Part shown: one piece after another, positions 41,921 to 54,297 of the stretch
How positions within the stretch are numbered: the stretch's first letter is position 1
How the letters are laid out: each line of letters starts with the position of its first letter
Source of the DNA: Podarcis gaigeae
Taxonomy: Eukaryota
Length of the DNA stretch: 64,000 nucleotides
Reading direction: 5' to 3' (one strand)
Assembly: GCA_964106915.2 (NCBI GenBank)
Contig: OZ066918.1
The notes under the pieces: model-generated
Database searches by the model: none
Told to the model about the DNA's origin: nothing
Seen by the model: the letters and a program-made list of their open reading frames with translations, nothing else
Translations under genes and position numbers: made by a program

Positions 41921-42827
41921 TATGTACATCATCTGTGACTGGCAGTTATGCCACTGTCTGGAGTAGATCAAGTCCAGAGTGAATATAGCAGGGTTAGGGA
42001 GCATGTGTTATTGTAGTCCATATGTTATTGGACTACAACTCACGTTAACCCAAGCCAGCATGGCCAATAGGAATGATAGGATCTATAGGTTTGGATGTAA
42101 GAAGGCAGCAATTTCTGGCCCAACCTGCATTTTTCATAAGCAGTGCTGTTTCCATTTCACTGTGATTCAGTTTCCACCCAGTTCTTCATTGTCTGCTATG
42201 TTACTGTTGTTGCTATTATGTGATTCCACACCATGTATGCAATCCTGCTTGGTTCAGGTACATGAGGTCAGGCACTTGTATCTGAACCCTGCAGAAATCA
42301 GAATTGAACTCCCTGCACATCGGCTGATTTTGAATATGGGGAGTTCAGTGCTACTCAGTCATTGTGATTTCCCCAGAAAACCCAGTTCAGCATCCCTGTA
42401 TTCCAGGACAGGGAACTGTTGGATCTCATCTCTCTCATTTCTTATGACCTTTTATACTTCACAGATCTGCTCACCTACAGCTCTTGCGAGATCTAGACTA
42501 TTTCTATTTGCATATATGAACTTTTCACTGTCTTGGTTATCTCCATACAGTTCTGTAGGGTTTCTAAACATTCACCTCCAACTGCCACACAAGGGAATTC
42601 CCTGCTATCTCCATAATTAAGCTTTTGGTTCAGGCAAAGTGAGTTGGAGGTGACCTATGTTTTGCCTTGTACTGAACTAACCACCTTTTCCATTCTGTAG
42701 CACTGCATTATGGGTGCTTCCAAGCCACAAAAGCTCTTTTACTCACTACCAGGTATTCTGTGTAAGTAAGTATTCTAACCATAACAACTAGTATGGCTTT
42801 TGCTTGTTCCTCTGCACAAGCAAGATA

Positions 42828-43004
42828 CCGTATTGGCCTGAACATAAGTCGCACCTTTAAAATTGGAGGGGGGAGGGGAAAAACCCTGAATATAAGCCGC
42901 TCCCTTCCTCGCTGCTGCTGGCTGCATACTGGGGGGGGGACCATGCTGTGTTGCCAACGGTCAGAATTTGGGGAAAAGTGAGGCTTATATTCAGGCCAAT
43001 ACAG
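42828..43004. mobile_element. Tc1/mariner (Tc2-like) MITE
   Basis: TA TSDs. TIR ccgtattggcctgaacataag / cttatattcaggccaatacag. Confidence 0.8.
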
Positions 43005-44436
43005 TAACAGTGGCACCTATTAATTTTCCCTAATTTCCCTAAAATTAATCAAGGCAAATATTAGCATTTATGGAGCAATCACATTGCAATAACTTGCATT
43101 TCAGTCCAAACACAAACTGAGAATCAGGTAGAGGAGGAGGAGGACAGTTGCCAGCTGCTAAAAAGGAACAGGAGAAGGAATACCAGTACTTAACAGGTGT
43201 AATGGCAGAGGTACAAACTACCAATGCAGGTTAAAATCCCACTCAGCAGCTGTTTATATTCAGTATTGCTCCCAAAGAGAATTTTAACCTTTCTGAAAGG
43301 TGCCCAGTTATCTATGGTAGCTTGACTGGGCTTTGCAAGAGTGACAACTGCCTCACTGATCAGTGTTTTTTAATTTAAAAATACAAAGCGGCAAATGTTT
43401 GAGCATTTTATCCTTTTATAAAATTTATAAAATATCAAGTACACATAAAAGAAAAGCCAGTCAAAAAAAAAAAATTCAGCACAAACGCAGTCTTAAACAA
43501 AGCTGGGAGGATGGCAAGGGAAACCTTGAGATGCAGTGGGTTGGCAGCGACATCCTATGGCTATCTTGGAAAATATGAGCAAATGCATGATACATGCTGG
43601 AGGAAATGGCTAATGTGAAAGAGATCTCTCCTCCAAGCATGCATTTTCTCAATTAGCATCCCCTTCCCCTTTTTTTGCATTAGCTTTTATCCTAGTCAAA
43701 TGCTGTTATGGTCATAGCAAATGAAGACCTCACACTTTAATTCAGAATTACTTGATCTTACCTATAGCACACACAGAAGGAACGCATTTGGGGCACAAAC
43801 AGTCCTATGCTGACATCGTGTGGCAAAACACATCTTTGCATGCATGTGGTTTGTGATGCTTTCTCTAGAATGCTGGTGCGCATCACCCTCTTGTGGAAGC
43901 ACAGCAGACATGCTGGCCAGCAAATACTTTCAAAGTAAAGCAGTTGTGCTTATAAAAATTATTACCAATCCAAAAAAAGGATATAAGAAAAATTAGGCTA
44001 GAGAGAACTGAGTTTGTTAACAAAGAAGACTTACAGGTGTAGTACTGATTCAATGTAGTCAGTGCTAGTGCCAGGTTATTTTGCACCCTAGACAAGGCTA
44101 ACGACTTGTACCTGCTCCCCAAAATTGCTAACTTCAATTTTCAAAAGCAGATGTCTTATAGAAATGATAAAGTTCTTCCAAGTATAAAATAAAAGTAAAA
44201 TGTTATCAGAAATTTATAAGAAATAACAAAGACTAATCTGTATAAAACTGTTTCTCTCAAAAGTCAGCACTGCACCCCTTGAGGTCTGCAGTATATATCT
44301 GTAGGGGGGACAAATACCAGAAAATAATCACATAACATCTGATGAGCGCACTGAAATTCCAGATTTCATCTATTTTGGTATCATAGAATAATAATAAAAA
44401 TGTTCATCAAGTTCCTTCTCAGTATGACACTTTATA

Positions 44437-44781
44437 AGGTAAAGGTAAAGGGACCCCTGACCATTAGGTCCAGTCATGGCCGACCCTGGGGTTGCAGCGC
44501 TGATCTCGCTTTATTGGCCAAGGGAGCCGGTGTACAGCTTCTGGGTCATGTGGCCAGCATGACTAAGCCGCTTCTGGCAAACCAGAGCAGCACACGGAAA
44601 CGCTGTTTACCTTCCCACCGGAGCGGTACCTATTTATCTACTTGCACTTTGACGTGCTTTCGAACTGCTAGGTTGGCAGGAGCAGGGACCGAGCAACGGA
44701 AGCTCAACCCGTGGCGGGGATTCAAACCGCCAACTTTCTGATCAGGAAGTCCTAGGCTCTGTGGTTTAACCCACAACACCA
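44437..44781 (-). mobile_element. Sauria SINE (different subfamily from the 47.3 kb copy)
   Basis: Starts with (aaggta)n, the reversed tail. Shares ggtacctatttatctacttgcac and ctttcgaactgctaggttggcagg with the other copies. Confidence 0.9.
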
Positions 44782-46214
44782 TTTAGCTCCTATTATTTCT
44801 ATAAGGGAGGCTCATTTTGTTTTTTTAAACACTCAATATTTTAGGCACACATACACAAAAACTCTTTCCAGCTCTGCAATATTTATAGGTAAATTTCACC
44901 CTGCTTCTTGGTTTTGCTTAATTTTAATGTCTATGTTTTGCCTGGGCTTTGATACCTGTTCAGGCATTGTCTCAACCTGACGGCCCCCACTACAGAGACT
45001 TTTCCCCCATCTGTATAGCATCTGTGTTGTGCTTTACTTATTACGCCAGAAAGACAGGCACCTATATCTTGTCCAGCATTTTACAAATAAATCAGTATAA
45101 AATTTAAGGCCATCTTCTAAACAAGAAACCTTAAAAGAAGATGGCTCACACTTGCATTCAAGAATATGTAATGCAATGAATATCCTGTAAGGTTTCTGTG
45201 TGCTTGTAGGAAAAGGAAAAGACAGCTTTTATGGGGAAACTGCTAGAGTAGATGAATGAGGTCTCAGACTGAAGCACTGAATAAATGTTGGGGGGAAAGA
45301 TTTGTCAGTATGAACCCCCCCCCCACACACACACACACAAAAACTCAGTTTGGTGGGGACAGGGTTAAGGACTTGAGTCCTTACTGTTTTTGGATGCAAG
45401 ACATTTACCCCTCACTTTTTAAAAAAAGTCTCTTCAGCGATTAGCTGGAGGTCTAGTTACATATATCTCTTTAAGGCAGGTTTCCCCAGCAGGTTGCCAT
45501 CTAGATGTTTTGGAATTTGACTCCTATTATCACTGACCTGCTGAGCTACCTGATGGGAGACGGAATCCAAAATATCCAGATGATTGGGGAAGGCTGAATT
45601 AGCAGCAGTGTCATTGCCATACAGTGCACTTCCCTGTACTTAGCATGATAAATCTGATACCCACACTTCTAACCGTGCTTGGACCACCTTTGCTTTTAGA
45701 GGGGCTTGCCCAGATTTGGTTATGATCATTAATTGGCCATCAGTAAGTATTCAAGCAGCTAGAGAGGTGGTTACAGAGTTTGGAATTGCACCAGCACTCA
45801 CACTGTCAGCATTAACTGTTTTGTGGCAATTTAGCTGATCTTAATAAAAGATTATTACTCAACTGTGGCTTTTGGATTTATTTGTGTTTTAATTGACTAC
45901 CGTGACAACAGTAGTTTCCAGGTTATTATGACTGCAGAGACAGATGTCTTATGCAACAGTCAGCTTATTGACTGGGATTCCATTCAAAACTCACATAGCC
46001 CATTTTAAAACACCTGCCCTGGTTGCCAGTTCATTTCCAGGCCCAATTAAAGGTGCCCATGCTAATATTTAAAGCATTAAATGACTTTGGCTGCAAATAC
46101 CCCAGACCACCTTCTTCCCTACAGACCCTCAAGGGTGTTAAAATCAGCAGAGAGGGGACCTCTTTGTAGTTGCACCATTCTCTAAAGCTTGTGTGTTGCC
46201 CTGGGGAGGGCATT

Positions 46215-46790
46215 CTATGTGGGTGTAGCAGAATGAGAGATTGCATTTGAGGAACTTCATGGAGGTGAGAAGAGGAGACAGGAGATAGGTTATAGTGCCA
46301 GGGACTGGCAGGACACAGACACGTGTGCACTGGGGAAGCAGGGCTGGAGTCTTGACTCTAGAGAGCGGGTCAGTGATTTGTGGGGAACTGTACTAGCCAG
46401 GAGGCATGAACTAGAGGCAGGGGACGCTTCAAAGGTGGAGGGTGGAGCACAGAATGGGCCAGAAGAAAAGGAAGAGCCAAATTACGCTAGTGAAGGGCCA
46501 TGTGCTTCCCCCACCTCTCTTGCACCACTGTCTCCCAGAACCAGGAGGGGACTGAAAAGGGATGAGCAGTGGAAGTTGCCACACGGGCGTAATCTCTGGC
46601 TGCATGTGTGCAGCACATTGATGAGAGGTACATAAACTGGTGGAGGAGTGGCAACTGCTGCATACAATACCAACCTGGGAATAGCTACCTAGACACAATA
46701 TTGCTATCCAGAGCTGTAGAAACACTTATCTTTGAGAATAAAGAGTTAACTATCAGCCGTGTACATTCCTTTGGCTAGTAAGAGGCCCTA
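46215..46790 (+). mobile_element. Possible solo LTR-like element; a similar purine-rich element may lie at ~12930-13677 (minus)
   Basis: GA-rich body, ctgtctcccagaaccaggaggggg block and AATAAA near the 3' end (46737-46742). Boundaries are uncertain. Confidence 0.35.
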
Positions 46791-47260
46791 GGCGGTATGG
46801 CCAATGCTCAGTGACAATGTGTGTTGCAGCCCAGCATCATCTGAAGGGCACTAGATTAGCTAGTCCTGCCTTAGTCCATTACTTCATGAAGAATCCATCA
46901 ACTGCTGTAGTGGGCAATACAATCTACTTCATCTCATAATCTTCCCAGGTTAACCTCCTTGAACTTGTTCCTATGCCAATGCTCTATCTCTTGAGTGGGG
47001 AATGTGCAACCTCCCAGCTGCTGCCAGACTACAACTCCCATCATCCATGGCCTCTGGTCATGCTGAATGGGGCTGATGAAACTTGCTAGTTTGGCAACAT
47101 CTGTAGGGCCATAGGTGCTCCCCACTCCTGCTCTATTTGCTGCCACTTATTTGAGGAAGGTCCAAAGAGATGAGGCTCAAGCAACAGCTTCTTCTGAGGC
47201 AGCTTCTTCTGAGGCTGGTTTCTGAATCCAAGTGTGGGTTCAAAAATCCCAGGATACCCT

Positions 47261-47627
47261 GGGCACGCAGGTGGCGCTGTGGATAAAACCTCAGTGCCTA
47301 GGACTTGCCGATCGTATGGTCAGCGGTTTGAATCCCCGCAGTGGGGTGAGCTCCGGTCGTTCGGTCCCAGCTCCTGCCCACCTAGCAGTTCGAAAGCACC
47401 CTTAAGTGCAAGTAGATAAATAGGTACCGCTTTATAGCGGGAAGGTAAACAGCGTTTCCGTGTGCTGCGCTGGTGCTGGCTCGCCAGAGCAGCTTCGTCA
47501 TGCTGGCCACGTGACCCGGAAGTGTCTCCGGACAGCGCTGGCCCCCGGCCTCTTAAGTGAGATGGGCGCACAACCCTAGAGTCGGACACGACTGGCCTGT
47601 ATGGGCAGGGGTACCTTTACCTTTACC
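47261..47627 (+). mobile_element. Near full-length Sauria SINE
   Basis: tRNA-related head (gtggcgctgtgg...ggtttgaatccc), body caagtagataaataggtacc, BovB-like gagtcggacacgact, (ACCTTT)n tail. Confidence 0.9.
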
Positions 47628-47714
47628 CTGAGCCCAACAGAAAGGATCAATGAGCCACAGGAGATGTGAGTGAGGTCCACGAGTATTTTACAAAAGCTGA
47701 ACAATTTTGTGTGC

Positions 47715-47774
47715 AGGAGGAAAAATGAAAAGTATGCAAGAACACCACAGGCATTGTTGGCTTCCAACTTTAAT
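47715..47774 (-). terminator. Probable GLRX3 polyadenylation signal and downstream element
   Basis: On the minus strand, ATTAAA at 47774-47769 lies ~200 nt after the stop. It is followed by CA dinucleotides and a GU/U-rich tract (tgtggtgttcttgcatacttttcattttt). Confidence 0.6.
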
Positions 47775-47975
47775 TCAATTTGAAGATGCTTACGGCTTTA
47801 CATTTGGGGTGAAACCTACAATTACATACACCTGTAGTATGGCCTTGTGAAGCATGAGCAGGAAATCAGAAACCGGCATTCTATTCTTTCTGGCAAATCG
47901 TGAATTCTTCCAGTGCAACGAACAATCATACATTTTATATTCCATTGGTCTTCATTAATGTGTCCTTGTGATGCA

Positions 47976-48026
47976 TTAATTTTCTCCTTTCAGGGTAGAT
48001 GTCAATTCACCAGTTTCTTTTAGTTC
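47976..48026 (-). CDS. GLRX3: GLRX3 last coding exon (11): ELKETGELTSTLKGEN*
   Basis: Acceptor tttccag|GAA, TAA stop at 47978-47976. The C-terminus resembles human ELKENGELLPILRGEN. Confidence 0.95.
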   Translation of the reverse strand, partial: ELKETGELTSTLKGEN

Positions 48027-48203
48027 CTGGAAACAGAAAAAAGGGGAGGAAGCATTCAGAGGCTGGTGCCACCAAAAGAACTCTAGTTAGCCTGTAATTC
48101 AGATTTCCTCATCCTGGTGCCTCAAGACTCCAACTCCCATTACCCCTAATCAAGCAATTTTGTTGTTTTGCATATAGCTACATTACTGCAGGAGTAATTA
48201 CTG

Positions 48204-48275
48204 CAGGAGTGCCTGGCGTGCTCTGGTCCATGGGGTCATGAAGAGTCGGACACAACTAAACGACTAAACAACAAC
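48204..48275 (+). mobile_element. Very short BovB 3'-end insertion in the last GLRX3 intron
   Basis: gcctggcgtgctctggtccatggggtcatgaagagtcggacacaactaaac matches 10728-10778. TSD acattactgcag at 48180-48191 and 48276-48287. Confidence 0.85.
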
Positions 48276-50984
48276 ACATTACTGCAGATCTACCAAGAGG
48301 ACAAAGAGATACCAAAAAGCTTCTGTTGCTTTAGAAGTTGGTCATCTATGGACCTACCAGTCCGACAACTGGTAACCATCTCTCTGGTAGAAGCCAGGAG
48401 ACCAGAGAAGAGACTGCAGAAGATAACTGCAGTTGCCCCAGCTAAGGCAGTGAACAGTCACCCCTGCAGACTCCTTAGAAAGGGGCAGGCGTAGCAGATG
48501 AGGCAGGTGTCAGCTGTCTGAAAGACGGACCACAGGGCAAGTGCATGGCAGAAGGGCATCTCTGTCACCTTTAGCTAGCTCTAGAATGAGACTTTGCTCA
48601 ATATACATCCTCTCTCTTAACGTGCTCTCTAGAATCTGGGTAAGCGTGATAAGCAGGGAGAGGTTTGTTGTTTGTTATCTTTCTGAACATGGAAAGCACA
48701 CCATGTTAATCCTAGGTTGCACAGTGCCAAGGAATGGCTGCCACCAAAAGTATTGGCCCAATGCCTCTTCCTCGTGGCATTTAGCAAAACAGAACAAGCA
48801 GGATGCCATCATTGTCTTAGGCATTTCTACTGCTGGGAGTTGGGGAAGGAAGAGTGAAGCAAACAGTTTTGGTCTTAGCTATGCTTTGAAAAAGCAAAGT
48901 GTCGCCATTCCTTTGGACCAGGTTACCTGAGAGATCACCTTCTCCTCTTTAAGAGCCCCTTCTCAAAATGCACCACCAAGTGAAGTGAAGCAGATGGTTT
49001 CAGGAAGAGAAATAGCTTCCCAAGAAAAGCTCACCTGCTGCCTTCTTTATGGTCTTTTTGGTTCCAAGTGAGTGACTTTTTCTTTATTTTTCTTTAGGGT
49101 TTTTTTTAGACCAGTTGCTCAAAGAAAATTCTCCATGTGGTGTGCAAGTCCACTTATATATAAAATATGACTAAAACACACCAGCTAATTAAAAATAAGT
49201 ATAATTAAAACCATCTTTATGGTTGGTTTGTCATGGTGGTTGTTCTGTGTTTATGGTATATAAATGTAAAAAATAAATAAATTTATGGTATAATATATTT
49301 ATACTAATGTTTTCAAATATGTTGTAAGTTATTTGGAGACCTCTGGGTAACAAAAGACTAACAAGTCCAATAGATGATTATTATTAACATATAACACCAA
49401 AAAAATGTTTAAAATGAACGCTTTATTCTCCCAGGCTTTTAGAAGCTGTCATCTTAAAATCTCAACTTTTATTCCACTGCCCATATAGTGTATCTTAAAT
49501 TATACTGAGAATTTGGTTTTAGGCCTTTCTCTACCAGAACCTTTATGTTTCAAATGTTTTTATGATATTTTGGTATTCTTCTTACTAAGAAGTTTTTGGG
49601 GGGACTTAGATCTATTATTCGGCAGGCAAATACCAGAAATAAAAAATAATAAATATAATCTTAGTAAGATCAACAGAGAAAAAGCTTGGGCAGGTTAATA
49701 GATTAAAAATAGGTTCTTTAACTGGGCATCCTTAAAGAGATTTCTGTATGTAATTTTTATTAACAGTTATATTTGGGGGGGGGGATGAGAGAATGATGCT
49801 GACCTAGAAAAACTTCTAAAATAACTAAACTTAACTTTAAACAACATTTTGTCAACTTCAATTTATTCAATGCCCTCTAAAAGGCAGATTAACATGACTA
49901 ATTTCCCCATCTCTCTAAAAACTATATAAAAAGAACCCTTTAATGCACAACTCCGAGAAATAAATGTGTGGGGTTTTTTAAAAAAAATGGATACATGAGC
50001 AACGTAATACCAACTTCTTTTTAAAACCTAATGAGATTTATTGATTCTGTCTTCCCGGGAGTTACAGTGCCTATGGTATTGGCTATAAAACATTCAAGAC
50101 AAGAATAGGCCCAAGAGTATTTGGGTTTAGAAGCCTGTGCTTGTTCTGTTGCACGCACACACACAAATATATATCAGAAGATGCAGTTAACAAATGCAGA
50201 TCTATTTTTGTTGCTTAGGGCCTTTTCAAGAAAGTACACAATAAAGCCTTACCTTTTCTCAGGAATGAGAGACAGTTTGCTAGGCAAAATGCCATCACCT
50301 TACTCAAGAAAACACAATGTCAAAAAACTAAAACTGAGAACCAAATGAAAAGCTGTAAATGCACCCACAGGGGTGAAATGGTTCTTACAGGAAGGTAAGT
50401 GACTGCTGTCAAGAAAATACATTTCAGTGCTACACTAGCAGGCAACTTAGTTGCACACTGGAGATTTAGGGCTCCTTTCACCAATATATTAAGCTAATGA
50501 TGAGAGTCACAGGAAAAACCAACTAAGTCACTCAGTCTCAAAACAAAAAAAAAAGGATCAGAAAAAGGGGTGTATGTGGATGTGTGTGTGTGTCATCTCA
50601 CCACGGCTGAACAAAGGGGAGAGATGCTCAAACAAGGAATAAGAAAACTCAGAATGCAGAGAAAACGCAGAGATAGATCAGTCTAGAGGTAGCTGGGCAG
50701 GGAGGAATGCATAATAATAGAGAGATTTACTTAGGAAATTTAAACGCTGCCCTTCCGATGGGTTTGCATTGTGTAGGCCACCTTACAACAATAATAAAAA
50801 AATCACATAGCATTTATGGCTGCTGTGTTAAAACCTCTGAACAACTAGGATTGTTTCTAAAGGATGTGAAAAAGGCACCAACCAAAGCAGGTTAAATGTT
50901 TGCCAGAATAAAAATGCTTTTTTGACCTGCCGGCAAAAAAAATAGGGGGACGGTGGGGTTCAACCGATCTCACAGAGCAAGATA

Positions 50985-51205
50985 ATGAATGGCTGCTAGC
51001 CACAGTGGACTGTGTTTTTACTTCCATTGTCAGAGACAGGATGCATCTGAATATTAGTTGATGGGAATCACAGGTGGGGCAAGTGCTGCTGCAGTGAGGT
51101 TCTGATGAGGGCTTCTCACTGGCATCCGGTTAGCCACAGTCAGAACAGGATGATGGGATACATGGGCCCTTGGCTTGATCCATCAGGCCTCTCCTTATGT
51201 TCTGG
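50985..51205 (+). mobile_element. CR1-type 3'UTR fragment; related pieces at ~52490-52790, ~53960-54055, ~63160-63310, ~36880-37060 (minus)
   Basis: Shared block ggcatc.ggtt.gccac.gt.agaacaggatg.tgg..tagatgggcc...tgatcca.cagg.ct..tcttatgttct. Confidence 0.6.
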
Positions 51206-51524
51206 GTGCAACTAGTTATGGCTGTGATCTCAACCCAACTGACCAGGGCTCAGCCACAGCTACGACACGAGAGAAAGGAGCAGGTAAGCTGATATGGAAA
51301 TTGATGGTTCTTTGGGTATCCTGGACCAAGACATGTTTTAATTGGCTAATGACTCTTCAAAGTGATGGTGTTTGCTGTTTAGGGATGTAAGAAGGAAACA
51401 CCACCAGTTCGAAGAGTGACTAACAATAAAAACATGTCCAATATAAAGGAGAACAAAATTTAGGAAGACCTTTTTTTAAGAATGAAGATTACACACACCT
51501 GCCAACTATTAGGTCTTTGCTTAC

Positions 51525-51617
51525 CTTCACAATATCCAGGCCTCCGACGAGTTCCCCTTTCACATACAACTGGGGGTAGGTTGGCCAGTTTGAGTACTTT
51601 TTTAATCCTTGCCGCAC
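51525..51617 (-). CDS. GLRX3: GLRX3 exon 10: [31 protein letters not shown]
   Basis: 93 bp. Acceptor ctttag|GTG, donor AAG|gtaag. Confidence 0.97.
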
Positions 51618-51701
51618 CTAAAGAGAATAAATGCTTTGTCAGCCTTCCACGGGGCAGTTTTTAAAGATGATGACAGGAAAAGCGCAAGCAAAACAACGTA
51701 C

Positions 51702-51741
51702 CTCTTCATCCTCCAATATATCAAACGTTTCATAATCAACA
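51702..51741 (-). CDS. GLRX3: GLRX3 exon 9: (G)VDYETFDILEDEE
   Basis: 40 bp. Acceptor ttttttag|T, donor GAG|gtacg. Confidence 0.95.
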
Positions 51742-52165
51742 CTAAAAAAAAAGAATAATATAAAAAAAGGGATTTTATTATACAGGCTAGGAATATTCAC
51801 TCAGCTACTCTAATTTCTATCGCTTATTTATCAGTGTAAACGTGATCCCAGCGACTGCATTTCAAGAGTAAAATGCAAGACGTTGCAATACTGTAGTGAT
51901 GTATTTGTTTATTTAGAGAATTTGTAGCCCACCCAAAAAAGGCTCCCGGAGTGGCTTACATTACAATCAATTAAAACAAGACAGTCCCTGCCCACAATAC
52001 TCACAATTTTAAAGAGAAACGACACACAAGGGAAGGGGACAGGGAGGGAAGAGGAAAAATACACTATATATTTGGTGAAATATCCTAATAAAAGAGAGAA
52101 ATATTTAATGAAGACTAGCAGATAATCTACACAGGCCAAACCATTTATGCAAATAGAAGTTAACT

Positions 52166-52326
52166 GGGCAAGGAATAGGTCAGTTGGTAGAGCACGAGAC
52201 TCTTAATCTCAAGGTCGTGGTTTCGAGCCCCACGTTGGGCAAAAGATTCTTGCATTGCAGGAGGTTGGACTAGATGACCCTCGTGGTCCCTTCCAACTCT
52301 ACAATTCTATTATTTTATGGTTCTAT
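52166..52326 (+). mobile_element. tRNA-Lys(CTT)-derived SINE with CR1 3' tail, in GLRX3 intron 8
   Basis: The head cagttggtagagcacgagactcttaatctcaaggtcgtggtttcgagccccacgttgggc closely resembles tRNA-Lys-CTT. It is followed directly by the CR1 end ggactagatgaccctcgtggtcccttccaactctacaattctat. Confidence 0.85.
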
Positions 52327-52843
52327 TACATAGGTCAGGTCCACCATTTGCAGATGTTGTGGGGGAGAGGCTGAGGGGAAGGCTAGAGGTGAACCAAAGG
52401 GAGCCCCTGATCACCTAACACTAACATGCAACATGTTCCTAAGATCAGCTTCTGTTGAGGCACACTGCAAAGCAGCCAAGGTAGCACCTCTCAGGCAAAA
52501 GGAAGCATTTCCTCACACAGTTCAGAGGTGCTCCGACATTTGCTATTACAATATTGTAGTAATAGCCACCAACTTGGATGGTTTAAAAAGGGGTTATGGA
52601 TGTGTCTTGGTGGCTGGGGCAGTACCTCCAGTATCAGAAACACTGTGCCACTGAATACAGACTGTTGCGAATGGAGACTGCTGCTTTGCTGAGGTGCTGC
52701 TTGTGGACTTTTCAAAGGTTTCTGGTTGACCACTGAGAAAATGCTGGAAGAGATGGCCCTTTCGTCTGATCTAGCAGCACTGTTCCTATATATCTGTGCT
52801 CTTACTTTAAGAACAGATTCAAGGCAGAAAAGTATTTACATAC

Positions 52844-52896
52844 CCGGTACCGTTTAGAATTTCTAGAATTTGCTTGCTGAATCCACACTTTGCCAT
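52844..52896 (-). CDS. GLRX3: GLRX3 exon 8: MAKCGFSKQILEILNGT(G), second CGFS active site
   Basis: 53 bp. Acceptor ttgcag|ATG, donor GG|gtatg. Confidence 0.96.
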
Positions 52897-53107
52897 CTGC
52901 AATAAGAAAAAAACAACTCTGACGTGCATTATGTTCCAGTGCACGTATGTGGCATGTAGCAATCCCAAGTAAGTGTCTGAAGCACATTTATACACATTTT
53001 TATTTTCCACCTTCGCTACACCAAGGATGAGGAACCTGTGGCTCTCAAGATGTCGTACTGTGCCGATCGCTGGCCATGCTAGATGGAGGTAATGGAAACT
53101 GAGGTCC

Positions 53108-53302
53108 GTGTGGCACAGTGTAGTGGTTAGAGTGTTGGACTAGGACCTGGGAGAGCAGGGTTCACATCCCCACTTGGCCATGACTTTGGGCCAGTCACCG
53201 CCTCTCAGCCTACCCCGCTTCACCGGGTTGTTGTGGGGATTAAATGGATAATCATGCACACCACCTTGAAAGCCTTGAAGAAAAAGGTGGGATATAAATA
53301 AA
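53108..53302 (+). mobile_element. tRNA-derived (MIR-like) SINE
   Basis: cagtgtagtggttagagtgttggac...gggttcacatcccc...tttgggccagtca...ctctcagcctacc, ending gggatataaataaa. Confidence 0.7.
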
Positions 53303-54239
53303 GGGGGGTGCACAGGTTCCACACAGGTTCATCATCAGAAATTGAAATACGTGGCTACTTTACCAGCTCCTTAGGAATTCTCAGGGAATGAATTATATTT
53401 GCCATCAACATCTGCTCGAGCAAAAATTTCCCATAGCAGCCCATTACTCATATTGCATAATTAGGGCTGCGCTTTTTGCAGCTGTCACAATGATGACGCA
53501 GTTGCCAGTGACCCTCACGGTTCACACGGACTGTGGTTGTATACCCATGTACACATCTATATATGACCACGCAGGGAAGTTAGCAGTGGGAACTGCCCCA
53601 TTCTACCCTCTGAGCTAAGGTGTCAGGAGAAGAGGAAAAAGAGATTGTTCTGTTGTGGCACCCCATTGATGGAACCTGGTGCCAACACTGTTATCATTTC
53701 AGCCCCAGGCAAAGGTATCTTTATTGATCCTAAGCCTTTAATGTATTATTTTAACATGCTGCTAAAACGTATCCTTTTTTAAAACCTTCTGTGTTTTCAT
53801 GCTCTAGAAATTGCTCTAGAAAGCCGTGCTGAAGGAGTGAAATTAAGTACTTTCTTCATTCCCTACTTGCAGCAGCTGTCGGCTTGCTGTGTAGAGATGA
53901 AAAACACACGGCACCCACATGTGATCGCTACGTTACCTCCATTATCAGAGGGAGTATGGTTCTGAACAGGCGTCTGGTTGGCCGCCTTGAGAACAGAATG
54001 CTGGGCTAGATGAAACGTCTTCCAGTCCAGCAGGGCTCAACTTGTGTTCTTACGTTTATGATCTTTCACAGCCAGGTGCACTCCAGATGTTTTAAAATGA
54101 CAGCTCCCATCATCCCCAACTACTGGCTACACTGGCTGGGGTTTATGGGAGCTATACACCAAAACATCTGGGTGCCACTAGACTGGGGACAGATGGCCTA
54201 AAGGATTTTAAGCACTAAAAGCATTTCCAAGAGGCTTAC

Positions 54240-54297
54240 CTGCTTATTCCCTTTCATAAAGAGCATCACAGAAGCTTTGTTTATCAGGTCTTTAAGC
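54240..54297 (-). CDS. GLRX3: GLRX3 exon 7: (R)LKDLINKASVMLFMKGNKQ
   Basis: 58 bp. Acceptor ttttag|G, donor CAG|gtaag. Phase compatible with exon 6. Confidence 0.95.

Noticed and set aside
41979-42620. 213-aa ORF, the longest gap-free ORF in the track
   Set aside because: Non-ATG start, no recognisable domain, composition typical of random non-coding translation, and it overlaps a decayed MITE.
44339-44365. CTGATGA...GAAA second hammerhead-like match
   Set aside because: No convincing stem II or stem I pairing. Other CTGATGA hits (e.g. ~16759, ~23575) also lack the structure.
52172-52240. Possible functional tRNA-Lys gene
   Set aside because: The 5' acceptor strand is degenerate and the sequence runs straight into a CR1 tail, so it is a SINE head.
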